From Clostridia bacterium (GTDB lineage Bacteria; Bacillota; Clostridia; TANB77; CAG-508): 64,000 nt of DNA. The notes under the pieces are model-generated. The model did no database searches, was not told the origin of the DNA, and saw only the letters and a list, made by a program, of their open reading frames with translations. A program made the position numbers and the translations under genes. The stretch covers positions 410-64,409 of the forward strand of contig JAAVXM010000025.1 of assembly GCA_022790575.1 (NCBI GenBank). Reading direction: 5' to 3'. Shown here one piece after another: positions 38,110 through 47,813 of the stretch. Each line of letters opens with the position of its first letter. Positions within the stretch are counted from its first letter, which is position 1.

Positions 38110-38784
38110 ATGAAAAGAACAAAACTAGAAAATAGAATATTACCAACTTATACTAAGGGAGAAGAAATTTTTAATATGGTTTCTCATATTGTAGGTGGAG
38201 TTGCGGGGATTGTCACAATTGTTTTATGTAGTGTGTTTGGTGCAATAAGGCATAATCCATATGGAATAATAAGTGGAATTATATTTGGGGTTTCAATGAT
38301 ATTCTTATATACAATGTCAAGCATATATCATGGGCTGAGTCCCAATTTAAAATCAAAGAAAGTATTTCAAGTATTAGACCATTGTGCAATATTTGTTTTA
38401 ATAGCTGGGTCATATACACCATTTGCCTTATGTACATTACGTTCATATTCAACAGCTTTAGGGTGGACAATATTTGGGGTAATATGGGGATTTGCTGTAC
38501 TAGGAATTATACTAAATTCAATTGACCTAAAAAAATATAAGATTTTCTCCATGTTTTGCTATCTAGCAATGGGATGGTGTATTATTGTAAAAGGAAATAT
38601 ATTACCCGAAACGCTAAGTATACCAGGTTTTGCATTATTACTTGCTGGTGGAATAATTTATACAATAGGAGCAATACTTTATGGAATTGGGAAAAAATAT
38701 AAATATGTACATTCATTATTTCACATCTTTGTATTTTTAGGAAACATTTTACATGTATTATGTGTACTAATGTATGTAATATAA
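38110..38784 (+). CDS. hemolysin III / PAQR family membrane protein
   Basis: 7-TM pattern with HIVG..., SSIYHGL, LDHCAIF and HIFVFLG motifs. ATG 38110 lies behind GGAGG. Confidence 0.8.
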   Translation: MKRTKLENRILPTYTKGEEIFNMVSHIVGGVAGIVTIVLCSVFGAIRHNPYGIISGIIFGVSMIFLYTMSSIYHGLSPNLKSKKVFQVLDHCAIFVLIAGSYTPFALCTLRSYSTALGWTIFGVIWGFAVLGIILNSIDLKKYKIFSMFCYLAMGWCIIVKGNILPETLSIPGFALLLAGGIIYTIGAILYGIGKKYKYVHSLFHIFVFLGNILHVLCVLMYVI

Positions 38785-38892
38785 AAATTAGATTTACATA
38801 TTTTAAAAGCATTTAATTTTAAAATAGTATTCGACAAACTCCATTTTCTCTCATATTATATATAGATAGTTATGGAAAGGAGGACAATTTAT

Positions 38893-39471
38893 GTGAATCT
38901 AAATGGAGTACAAATAGGGTTTGCAATAACAGGTTCATTTTATACTTTTAAAAATGTTATAGAAGAAATTGAAAAACTAGTAAAGTTAGAAGCCAACATT
39001 ATTCCAATAATGTCTAACACATCATATACAGTTGATTCTAAATATGGTAAATCAGAAGAACTTGTAAAGCAATTAGAACATATAACTAAAAACAAAGTAA
39101 TTCATACTATACAAGAAGCAGAAAAATTAGTTCATAATAATATAATGGATATAATGGTAATTGCACCTGCAACAAGTAATACAATTGCAAAAATATCTAA
39201 TAACATTTCAGATACAACTATAACAACTACACTTAAATATCACTTAAGAGAAAAAAAGCCTGTTGTTATAGGGATAGCTTGTAATGATGGTCTTTCATCA
39301 AGTGGAGAAAATATTGGTAGACTACTTGATAGAAAAAACTATTATTTTGTTCCTTTTGGTCAAACAAACCCAATTACTAAACCGTGTTCATTATATTTTG
39401 ACCCTAAATACTTAATAAAAACAATTCAATTTGCACTAAATGGTGAACAATTGCAACCAATACTAGTATAA
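38893..39471 (+). CDS. spoVFB: dipicolinate synthase subunit B (flavoprotein family)
   Basis: IGFAITGS...IPIMS...VIAPATSNTIAKI..GISDT...NDGL..N...L is collinear with SpoVFB/DpaB. GTG 38893 lies behind AGGAGG. No spoVFA is adjacent. Confidence 0.75.
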   Translation: MNLNGVQIGFAITGSFYTFKNVIEEIEKLVKLEANIIPIMSNTSYTVDSKYGKSEELVKQLEHITKNKVIHTIQEAEKLVHNNIMDIMVIAPATSNTIAKISNNISDTTITTTLKYHLREKKPVVIGIACNDGLSSSGENIGRLLDRKNYYFVPFGQTNPITKPCSLYFDPKYLIKTIQFALNGEQLQPILV

Positions 39472-39518
39472 TAAAATAGGGTGTAGGGAGTAGAAGCTTC
39501 TAAAAAAGTATAACATAC

Positions 39519-39573
39519 AAAAATACTTGCAAAGATATGGTCAATTATATGGCTATAAATTGCAAGTATTTTT
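39519..39573. terminator. bidirectional hairpin between convergent genes
   Basis: aaaatacttgcaa / ttgcaagtatttt arms with a 27-nt loop. Confidence 0.4.
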
Positions 39574-39576
39574 AGT

Positions 39577-40563
39577 TTATTTATCATTTAAAGGATTACT
39601 TTCAACAGCATTCCTAACTCTTTCATTATTTACATGTGTATATATTTCTGTAGTAGAAATACTTTGATGTCCCAAAAGTTCTTGTAAAGCTCTAATATCA
39701 ACATCTCCATACTGATACATTAATGTTGCTGCAGTGTGTCTTAATTTATGAACAGATAAATTTTTTGAATCCAATCCAGCTTGCTTAAGTTCCTTACTAA
39801 TAATATTTTGTACAGTTCTATTACTAATTCTTCTTTTTTGTTCACTTAGAAACAACGCTTTATCTGAGTTTTTAGCATCTTTTTTTATTAGATTTTGAGG
39901 TGGGCGAGAAGATATATAATCATTTAATGCCTTCATACAAGATTTATTTAAGTATATTGTACGTTCTTTGTTTCCTTTTCCTATTACAGTCATTTTACAT
40001 TCACTAAAATCAATATCATTAATATTAATTCCAACTAACTCTGATAATCTCATTCCACAATTCAGAAAAAGTGTAGTAATAGCAAAATCCCTTTTTGCAT
40101 TTCTATTTTCGTCATTGTCTGCAACCTCTAATAGTTTTCTGCTATCTTCTAGTGATAAATATTTAGGCATCCTTTTTTCTAATTTAGGAGTTTCTAAATT
40201 TTGGGCAGGATTAACTTCTAAAATCTTTTCTTTAATACTCAAAAACTTAAAAAATATTCTAATAGTAGAAATCTTTCTAGCTCTTGTTGAAGCTTTACTT
40301 TTATTATCAATTGCTAAATGCGATATATATGTGTGTATATCATTTAACGTTATTCTTTTCAAGTCTTTTACAGTAAATAGTCTTATATCGATTTCATCAT
40401 AATCTGTCTTATCTGTTAGTTTAAAGTGTATCATCATAAACTTTAAAAAATTAGATAAGTCGTAATTATATTCTTTTACTGAATTGGGCGATTTATTTAA
40501 TATTGTTATTGAATAATCTAAAAATGAATTTAGATAGTCTGGATTTTTCTCTTTTGATATCAT
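39577..40563 (-). CDS. tyrosine-type site-specific recombinase (XerC/XerD-like)
   Basis: N-terminal SAM-like domain (YLNSFLDYSITILNKSPNSVKEY). C-terminal catalytic R...HKLRHTAAT...LLGHQSISTTEIYTHV. ATG 40563 lies behind GGAGATGG. Confidence 0.85.
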   Translation of the reverse strand: MISKEKNPDYLNSFLDYSITILNKSPNSVKEYNYDLSNFLKFMMIHFKLTDKTDYDEIDIRLFTVKDLKRITLNDIHTYISHLAIDNKSKASTRARKISTIRIFFKFLSIKEKILEVNPAQNLETPKLEKRMPKYLSLEDSRKLLEVADNDENRNAKRDFAITTLFLNCGMRLSELVGININDIDFSECKMTVIGKGNKERTIYLNKSCMKALNDYISSRPPQNLIKKDAKNSDKALFLSEQKRRISNRTVQNIISKELKQAGLDSKNLSVHKLRHTAATLMYQYGDVDIRALQELLGHQSISTTEIYTHVNNERVRNAVESNPLNDK

Positions 40564-40706
40564 ATTCCATCTCCATATAATTAATATTTTATGATATAAT
40601 AACATTTAATGAGAAAAAAATAAAGGGTTTATATAAAATTTTTAGCATGACTATCTACTAAAAGCAGCACAACCTATTTAGGCTATGCTACTTTTAGTTT
40701 GTATAC

Positions 40707-41054
40707 TTATATAGGTCTCTTCCAATAACACTCAACAACAAAAAGGTATGGCTCAGATTCATATAAATCTGAGACACCTAACTTTTTGCTTCTTTTCAAG
40801 GCTCGATAAATCTTGTGTATGTCATTCCTATAACATGTAACACCTGTGATTTTAGAGACCTTGGGACCATATATTATGGTTGCTCTACTTAGTCGCCAGT
40901 TGAACTCAATTCTAAAAGTCCGTTTATAGACGTCCTTCATCCTCCAGTATTCTAGTTGATTAACAATTTCATTTATTATCCTTTCAGCAGGAGACTCATA
41001 ATTCTCTTTGTCACACATATTTGGTTGTCTAAGTTGTTTAAAAGTAGGTAGCAT
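40707..41054 (-). CDS. 115-aa hypothetical protein (GC-richer islet)
   Basis: AAGGAGG lies 7 nt upstream of the ATG at 41054 (MLPTFKQLRQPNMCDKENYE...). A hairpin follows the stop. No family recognised. Confidence 0.5.
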   Translation of the reverse strand: MLPTFKQLRQPNMCDKENYESPAERIINEIVNQLEYWRMKDVYKRTFRIEFNWRLSRATIIYGPKVSKITGVTCYRNDIHKIYRALKRSKKLGVSDLYESEPYLFVVECYWKRPI

Positions 41055-41323
41055 AACTGGTTCCTCCTTATTCATATGTATACAGGATTCCTTCAATGTA
41101 AGCATATTGCTTTAGATGACATTTTATCATATTTTACATAATATTACAATAATATTTTTAAAAGTTTTTATATAGATGTTTACAATTTAATAATTGGTTT
41201 ATAATTATTATGAATATCTTAAGAATAATATTTTCAGTTGATAACAAATTTAATTTATGCTATTATATTGTTTAATAGCAAAATATGTAATAAAAAATAT
41301 ATAAAGGGGGAAGAATAGAAAAG

Positions 41324-42478
41324 ATGAATGTTTCAAAAGATATAATATATATAGGAGCAAATGATAAAGACATTGACTTATTTGAAAGTCAATATATTGT
41401 ACCAAATGGAATATCATATAATTCATATTTAATAAAAGATGAAAAAATTGCAATAATGGATACAATTGATAAAAGGAAAACTGAGGAATGGTTTAAAAAT
41501 TTAGAAAATGCATTAGAAGGAAGAAATCCAGATTATTTAGTTGTGTCACATTTAGAGCCAGACCATTCATACAATATACAAAATATAATTGAAAAATATC
41601 CTAATATAAAAATTGTTAGTACAAAGAAAAGCTTCGAATTCATACCACAATTTTTTAATACCTTAGACATAGATAACAGAAAAATTGAAGTAGGAGAAGG
41701 AGACATTTTAGATTTAGGAAAACACAAGTTGCAATTCATAATGGCTCCAATGGTGCATTGGCCAGAAGTTATGATGGAATATGAGCAAACAGAAAAAATA
41801 CTTTTTTCTGCAGATGGTTTTGGAAAATTTGGTTCATTAGATGTAGATGAAGAATGGGACTGTGAAGCTAGAAGATACTATTTTAATATTGTTGGGAAAT
41901 ATGGTATGCAAGTACAATCAGTATTAAAAAAAGCCGCTACTCTAGAAATAAAAAAAATCTGTCCACTACATGGACCTATTTTAAGTGAAAATCTAGAACA
42001 TTATATAAATTTATATGATATATGGAGTTCATACAAACCAGAAACAGAAGGAGTTTTTATAGCTTGTAGTTCAATATATGGAAACACAATGGAAGCAGCA
42101 CAAAACTTGAAATGTCTATTAGAAGAGAATGGTCAAAAGGTTGAATTAGCTGACTTATCACGAGAAGATTTTGCAGAATGTGTTGAAAATGCATTTAGAT
42201 ACAGTAAAATTGTTTTAGCATCAGCAACATATAATATGGGTATGTTCACATCAATGGAAAGATTTTTACATGAATTAAAAAATAAAAACTATCAAAATAG
42301 AACTATTGGTTTAATAGAAAATGGTACTTGGGCTCCAAATGCTGGTAAATGCATGAAAGAAATCTTATCTCAAATGAAAAACATTCAAATAATAGAACCA
42401 ATGGTTACAATAAAATCAACATTAGATGAAGCAAGTAGAAAACAATTAAAATCACTTGCAGATGAATTATTAAAATAA
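41324..42478 (+). CDS. flavodiiron (FprA-type, MBL-like + flavodoxin) protein
   Basis: Di-iron motif SHLEPDHS, an MBL-like fold, and a C-terminal flavodoxin-like domain. Confidence 0.8.
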   Translation: MNVSKDIIYIGANDKDIDLFESQYIVPNGISYNSYLIKDEKIAIMDTIDKRKTEEWFKNLENALEGRNPDYLVVSHLEPDHSYNIQNIIEKYPNIKIVSTKKSFEFIPQFFNTLDIDNRKIEVGEGDILDLGKHKLQFIMAPMVHWPEVMMEYEQTEKILFSADGFGKFGSLDVDEEWDCEARRYYFNIVGKYGMQVQSVLKKAATLEIKKICPLHGPILSENLEHYINLYDIWSSYKPETEGVFIACSSIYGNTMEAAQNLKCLLEENGQKVELADLSREDFAECVENAFRYSKIVLASATYNMGMFTSMERFLHELKNKNYQNRTIGLIENGTWAPNAGKCMKEILSQMKNIQIIEPMVTIKSTLDEASRKQLKSLADELLK

Positions 42479-42534
42479 GAATATAATTGAAATATTTCAA
42501 TTTATATAAAAGAGTTATGGGAGGAGGAAAAGTC

Positions 42535-42672
42535 ATGAAATATAGATGTACAGTTTGTGGATATATTTATGATGAAACAGAAGAAGGAGTAAAATTTGAA
42601 GAATTACCAGAAGAATGGGTATGCCCATTATGTGGTGTTGGTAAAGACATGTTTGAAAAAGTAGAAGAATAA
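42535..42672 (+). CDS. rubredoxin
   Basis: [14 protein letters not shown]...[13 protein letters not shown] has two CxxC pairs. ATG 42535 lies behind GGGAGGAGG. Confidence 0.9.
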   Translation: MKYRCTVCGYIYDETEEGVKFEELPEEWVCPLCGVGKDMFEKVEE

Positions 42673-42677
42673 TATAT

Positions 42678-43358
42678 ATGATTACAAAACGAGGTTTAGG
42701 GATGGATAAATTAGATATAGATAAAAAAGAACTAATAAATGAAATTATAATTATATTTTGGGTTTTTATAATAGGAAGTGTATTAGGATATGTATATGAA
42801 ATGATAGTTGTACTATTTCAAAAAGGATTTTTTGAATCAAGACAAGGGCTAATATATGGTCCTTTTACTCCAGTATATGGAATAGGAGGAATTGTTTATT
42901 ATCTTGCATTTAAAATTATAAAAACACGAAATAAAGGTTTAGTATTTATACTAACTATGATATTAGGAGGAGTAACAGAATATTTAGCTTCTTATATTCA
43001 GGAAAAAGCTTTTGGAACAATATCATGGGATTATTCTAATTTATTATTTAATATAAATGGAAGAACAAGTTTATTGCATTGTTCTTATTGGGGAATTGCA
43101 GGAATTTTATATGTTTGCTATATTGAACCACTAATTAAAAAAGTGAAATCACATATAAATTCAGTTTCCTTAAAAATTGCCTTTTCTATACTTTTCACAT
43201 TTATGACATTCAACATATTAATTTCTTGTGCTGCAGCACAGAGGCAAGAAGAAAGAAGGAATAGTATAGAGTCTGATAGTAAATTTGATATGTTCTTAGA
43301 TAAATATTATCCAGATGAGTATATGGATAAAGTGTATGCAAATAAAAAAAATATGTAA
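42678..43358 (+). CDS. membrane protein, PF06541-like ('putative ABC-transporter type IV'), paralog of 16855-17709
   Basis: GSVLGYVYEMIV...GLIYGPFTPVYGIGG...WDYSNLLFNINGRTSL parallels the other copy (WDYSTKKFNINGRICL). Confidence 0.6.
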   Translation: MITKRGLGMDKLDIDKKELINEIIIIFWVFIIGSVLGYVYEMIVVLFQKGFFESRQGLIYGPFTPVYGIGGIVYYLAFKIIKTRNKGLVFILTMILGGVTEYLASYIQEKAFGTISWDYSNLLFNINGRTSLLHCSYWGIAGILYVCYIEPLIKKVKSHINSVSLKIAFSILFTFMTFNILISCAAAQRQEERRNSIESDSKFDMFLDKYYPDEYMDKVYANKKNM

Positions 43359-43482
43359 TATTTTAAGTTACAAATAAATGTAAATATATTAAGGGAGTAA
43401 ATTATATTGATGATTACTTCCTTTTATGTTATAATCCATTTATCATTAAAAAGAGAATAATGCAAAAATGAAGGGAATTGTT

Positions 43483-44685
43483 ATGAAAATAATTATACAT
43501 AGGGGAACAAATCAAATAGGAGGATGTATCACTGAAATTATTTCAGAAGCTGGTACTAGAATTATTATAGATATAGGTTCAAACTTACCAAATGCAGAAG
43601 GCAAAAAGAGTAAAGAAATAGAATTACAGGGGCTAACAAAAGGTAAAGCAAAATACGATGCCATATTTATTACTCATTATCATGGAGACCATATTGGACT
43701 ATATAATAAAATATTACACCAAATTCCAATTTATATAGGTGAAACAACAAAAGAAATTTTTAAACTACTACAAAATAAGCTATATAAGATTGATTTAGTA
43801 GAAAAGAAAGACTTAGAAAAAATAAATAGCTTCAATACTTTTAAGATACCTGGTAAAATACAAATAAAGGATATTACAATCACACCTATTGCTGTTGACC
43901 ATTCCGCTTTTGATGCATATATGTTTTTGATAGAATGTGATGGCAAAAAGCTTTTACATACAGGAGATTTCAGAACACATGGTCAAAGAGGAAATGCAGT
44001 TATTAGAGCACTTACAAAATATGTAGGAAAAGTAAATTGTCTTATCTGTGAAGGTACAACATTATCTAGAGAAAAAGAGCCTGTATTATCTGAAGTGCAG
44101 TTACAACAAAAAGCAGAAAAAATATTTAAAAGTAATAAATTTAATTTCGTGTTATGTAGTAGTACCAATATTGATAGAATAGCAGCTCTGCATAAAGCAG
44201 CTATTAAGTCAAACAAAATGTTTATTTGTGATAAATACCAAAAAAGCGTATTAGACTATATAGATAGTATCTCAAGAAGTAGTCTTTATAAATTTGATTC
44301 TAGCCGAGATACAAAAGTCTACTATTATGAAAATAATTTAATTAGTACAATGACAGAATATGGATTTGTTATGTTAATAAGAGCTAATAGACTATCCAAA
44401 ACCATTCTTAATAAATTTCCCAAAAGTACATTTATATATTCAGAATGGCTAGGATATTTAAAAAATGATAATGAAGAATATAAAAAAATTCAGGAAATTG
44501 TACCAAATGACTATATATATTTACATACAAGTGGACATGCTAGTCCAGAAGCAATAAAAAAAGTTATTGAAGTTACTAGCCCAGACATTGTTATACCAAT
44601 ACATACAGATGAGAAAGGAAATATTAATAAACTAACAAATAAGGCAAAATTATTAGAAGATGGAGAAGAATTTATTATAAATTAA
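43483..44685 (+). CDS. metallo-beta-lactamase fold nuclease of the beta-CASP (RNase J/CPSF/Artemis-like) type
   Basis: MBL motifs: IIDIG, THYHGDH, VDHS, HTGDF. Then CEGT, LHTSGHAS and IPIHT, which fit beta-CASP motifs A, B and C. ATG 43483 lies behind GAAGGGA. An extended -10 tgttataat lies upstream (43426-43434). Confidence 0.7.
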   Translation: MKIIIHRGTNQIGGCITEIISEAGTRIIIDIGSNLPNAEGKKSKEIELQGLTKGKAKYDAIFITHYHGDHIGLYNKILHQIPIYIGETTKEIFKLLQNKLYKIDLVEKKDLEKINSFNTFKIPGKIQIKDITITPIAVDHSAFDAYMFLIECDGKKLLHTGDFRTHGQRGNAVIRALTKYVGKVNCLICEGTTLSREKEPVLSEVQLQQKAEKIFKSNKFNFVLCSSTNIDRIAALHKAAIKSNKMFICDKYQKSVLDYIDSISRSSLYKFDSSRDTKVYYYENNLISTMTEYGFVMLIRANRLSKTILNKFPKSTFIYSEWLGYLKNDNEEYKKIQEIVPNDYIYLHTSGHASPEAIKKVIEVTSPDIVIPIHTDEKGNINKLTNKAKLLEDGEEFIIN

Positions 44686-44696
44686 AGGAGTATATA

Positions 44697-45881
44697 ATGA
44701 GAAAATTAAATCAAAAATTTGAAGATATGTTTAAAAATGAATATAATGGAATAATCCAGTATGTAAAAAAAAATGATAAGGTATTTTTAGGAATAAGACA
44801 CAACTATATTAATTTATATGTTGATGGAGGAAGTTTTTTAAAACTTACATATCATCCAAAATTAAATTGTTGTATAGGAGGAGTTGACAATAAATATTTT
44901 GTTAATGGAATAAAGATGCCAAAAGGTTTAGAAGCAATAAATAATAAAGTAATAGATAATATTCAAAATTGGCTAGACTTATTTGATGAACTAATATTAG
45001 CAATTCAAGCATACCAAAGAGGAGATTGGGGAGAAGAAAAAAGCAAAAAAATAGTAAAAAGAGAAAAGATTATTCAACAAAAATTAGTAAAAGAATTCAA
45101 CCAAAACTCAGATTACTTTGCATATGATATTGAATACTCAATGAAAGGAGTAAATGACTATATTTTAGATTCCAATAAAAACAAAATAAAAATGAAAAAT
45201 GGTACATATAGAACAAAATCATTAGGAAGAGCAGATATAATGTTAATAGGGAAACCAATTAATAATAAAATAAAAATATATTGTATGGAAGTTAAAGAAG
45301 GTTTAGGTGCATTTGGTGGAGTTTTACCCAATATATCAAAACAATCATCTGCTCCAAGTTTTGGAAGTGGAATAGCAGGTCATTTAAAAAACAATGTTGC
45401 AGTTATAAGTTCTGCAAGAACTGGGATTGCCTATAAAGCTAAAGACAATGCTGTTGAATACAAAATAAAAGAAACTTTAATTGAAGAAATAAAATATGCT
45501 TTACATTTTTATAATAGATTTGATTTATTAAAAAATACTAACTTCAAAAATCTAACAGATAAAGAAATTGATGGAATAAAACTATGTGACAAAAAAGATG
45601 CTGTAGAATTAGTCTTTTTCCTTGGGAACTATACAGATAGAACACCAGGTTGTTTTGAAAAATATTTAGGTATAAATTTAGCGCCTGATTTATGTTCAGC
45701 ATACTCTGTAAAGAATTTGTTAGACAATAAAAAGAAAAATGAGATAAATTTAGATTATATAAAAACAGAGGAATTGTTTGATTTTAAAGTATTAAAAACG
45801 GCAAAGAATTGTTTTGATAGTAATTTCGATTTAGATATTGAACATTATGATACTATTCATAAAGAAGAATTCAAAAAATAA
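44697..45881 (+). CDS. 394-aa hypothetical protein with a PD-(D/E)xK-like core (possibly Shedu/DUF4263-like; unverified)
   Basis: GRADIMLIG...IKIYCMEVKEG fits D...(D/E)xK spacing, preceded by acidic helices. The start lies 11 nt after the MBL gene stop, behind AAAGGAG. Confidence 0.55.
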   Translation: MRKLNQKFEDMFKNEYNGIIQYVKKNDKVFLGIRHNYINLYVDGGSFLKLTYHPKLNCCIGGVDNKYFVNGIKMPKGLEAINNKVIDNIQNWLDLFDELILAIQAYQRGDWGEEKSKKIVKREKIIQQKLVKEFNQNSDYFAYDIEYSMKGVNDYILDSNKNKIKMKNGTYRTKSLGRADIMLIGKPINNKIKIYCMEVKEGLGAFGGVLPNISKQSSAPSFGSGIAGHLKNNVAVISSARTGIAYKAKDNAVEYKIKETLIEEIKYALHFYNRFDLLKNTNFKNLTDKEIDGIKLCDKKDAVELVFFLGNYTDRTPGCFEKYLGINLAPDLCSAYSVKNLLDNKKKNEINLDYIKTEELFDFKVLKTAKNCFDSNFDLDIEHYDTIHKEEFKK

Positions 45882-45895
45882 TAAGGAGCAAACAT

Positions 45896-47794
45896 ATGTT
45901 ACAAAAAGAAATAAAAAAACAAATCATACCAACTTTAGTTAATTTAAATGAACTATTAAATTCACAAAAAAGATACTTTGTCCCAATATATCAAAGACCA
46001 TATGATTGGGATGAATGGAATATTGCCAAATTGATTGAAACATTAAGCAAACTAAATGAAGAGAAAAGATACGTTTTTTTAGGAAATATGGAATTTAGAG
46101 AAGAAGAAAATATGCAACAAATTATAGATGGACAGCAAAGAATAACAACACTATTAATGTTATTAAATTATTTGAATTCAGAGGCATATTCAGACAATAT
46201 AATAAAAGAAATGTTAAAAATAAAGGCACAGGGTGAAAATGGTAATGGTACTATAATTGATGACCAATATAAATTTGAAGAATTTATTAGAAACAAAGAA
46301 TTCAGTTCAAAAGAATTAGCTGAATTAGAAGGTTATTCTAATGCTAGATTAAGAAAAGAAAAAACAAGGAATTTCAAAAATTCTAATGTTTATAGGCTTA
46401 ACTATCATTATATAAAAACCAGCTTAAAAAATATAAACATTATAACTAAAGAGCAAAAGCAAAAATTCGCCACAAATATTTTAAATAATACTTATGTTGT
46501 AACTATAAATTTAAAGCAAGATATACAAGAAAGTGAAGCAATAGATATATTTGATGCAATCAATACAACTGGAAAGCCCTTAAGTATAAAAGACATATTT
46601 AAAATAAAAATGTATGAATACAGTAAAAACAGAGGAAAAAACAATCCAGATAAAGTAATTCAAAGTATTAACAAGTTATATAATAAAATAGAAGAAAAAA
46701 ATAGTCAAATTGTTAATAATGAATCTCTTATTAGAGAAGAAGAATCAACAGGCAAGTCTGAATATAATGAAATTAACATGATATCTGAAACATTTTCTCA
46801 AGATGATATTTTAAAGGTATATAAATTCATACTTATTTCAAGAGTAGTTAATAATAAAAATAAAGAAGAAAGAGCCAATTATAAAAGTGAGTTGTTTAAT
46901 ATGTCAAATGACAACTTTTACAATAAATTGTTCCTTCAAATATTAGATAAAAATTCAAAAAAGCAATTTGAGGGATTTGAAAAACAAGAAATTGATGTAC
47001 AAGAATTACAAGATATACATGAAGCATATGCAAATTTAGCAGATATAGTATTAAATTTAGAAAACATAGATGCAGAAACATATTTTGCATATAAGATGTT
47101 AAAAGGATATACTAGATATTCATGGGCTTATAGGTTTTTACCAGTTTTGTTTTTATGGAGATTCAAAAAAATAGACACTAACTTTAATTGTTTTGTAATA
47201 AATATCAGCAAAATATTTGAATATTATACTATTACAAAAAAGCAAGTTATAAATTATGTTAAAACATTTATAAATGATATAATAATTCAAATTGTGAACC
47301 CAGACTCAAGTCCAAAAGAAATAAATAAACAAATAAAAGATGAATTAAAGAAGTGTAGTAGAAAAATACTTCATAACGAATTACAAGGAGAAGTATCAAA
47401 CACTTGGTGGAAAAAGAACATATCTTGTTTGATTTTAGCCAAAAACGCTGAGAAAAAGTGTGAAAATGAGAATAATCAAAAATTATTAAAAAGATATCAA
47501 AGATTATTTACAAGAAAATTTGATATAGAACATATTTGTGCAACTGGTAATGATGATAAAAGGTTTAGAGGAAACAAAAATGCTATTGGAAATTTAATGC
47601 TTTTAGAATATTCAATAAATAGAAATATAAAAAATGATGATATAGAAAAGAAAATATTAAAATATACTCAATCAAAATTTGAAATTGTTAAAAATGAAGT
47701 TTTGCTTTTAAATATGGGGCTTGAAAACTATTATAAAAATTATGAAATGCGTCAAATCGATAAGATAGCAGAAATAGAAGCATATTTTGATTAG
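45896..47794 (+). CDS. DUF262 + DUF1524 (His-Me finger) protein, GmrSD/BrxU-like type IV restriction enzyme family
   Basis: N-terminal YFVPIYQRPYDW and IIDGQQRITTL (DUF262/ParB-like NTPase). C-terminal FDIEHICATG...IGNLMLLEYSINRNIKN (DUF1524 HNH-like). Confidence 0.8.
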   Translation: MLQKEIKKQIIPTLVNLNELLNSQKRYFVPIYQRPYDWDEWNIAKLIETLSKLNEEKRYVFLGNMEFREEENMQQIIDGQQRITTLLMLLNYLNSEAYSDNIIKEMLKIKAQGENGNGTIIDDQYKFEEFIRNKEFSSKELAELEGYSNARLRKEKTRNFKNSNVYRLNYHYIKTSLKNINIITKEQKQKFATNILNNTYVVTINLKQDIQESEAIDIFDAINTTGKPLSIKDIFKIKMYEYSKNRGKNNPDKVIQSINKLYNKIEEKNSQIVNNESLIREEESTGKSEYNEINMISETFSQDDILKVYKFILISRVVNNKNKEERANYKSELFNMSNDNFYNKLFLQILDKNSKKQFEGFEKQEIDVQELQDIHEAYANLADIVLNLENIDAETYFAYKMLKGYTRYSWAYRFLPVLFLWRFKKIDTNFNCFVINISKIFEYYTITKKQVINYVKTFINDIIIQIVNPDSSPKEINKQIKDELKKCSRKILHNELQGEVSNTWWKKNISCLILAKNAEKKCENENNQKLLKRYQRLFTRKFDIEHICATGNDDKRFRGNKNAIGNLMLLEYSINRNIKNDDIEKKILKYTQSKFEIVKNEVLLLNMGLENYYKNYEMRQIDKIAEIEAYFD

Positions 47795-47813
47795 TAAAAA
47801 GGAGAATAATAAA

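Noticed and set aside
39577-40563. Tyrosine recombinase as the integrase of a mobile element carrying the 43-50 kb operon
   Set aside because: Housekeeping-type genes lie between them (flavodiiron protein, rubredoxin, a membrane protein paralog). The recombinase has the XerC/D-like layout common as a chromosomal gene in Clostridia. I found no flanking repeats.
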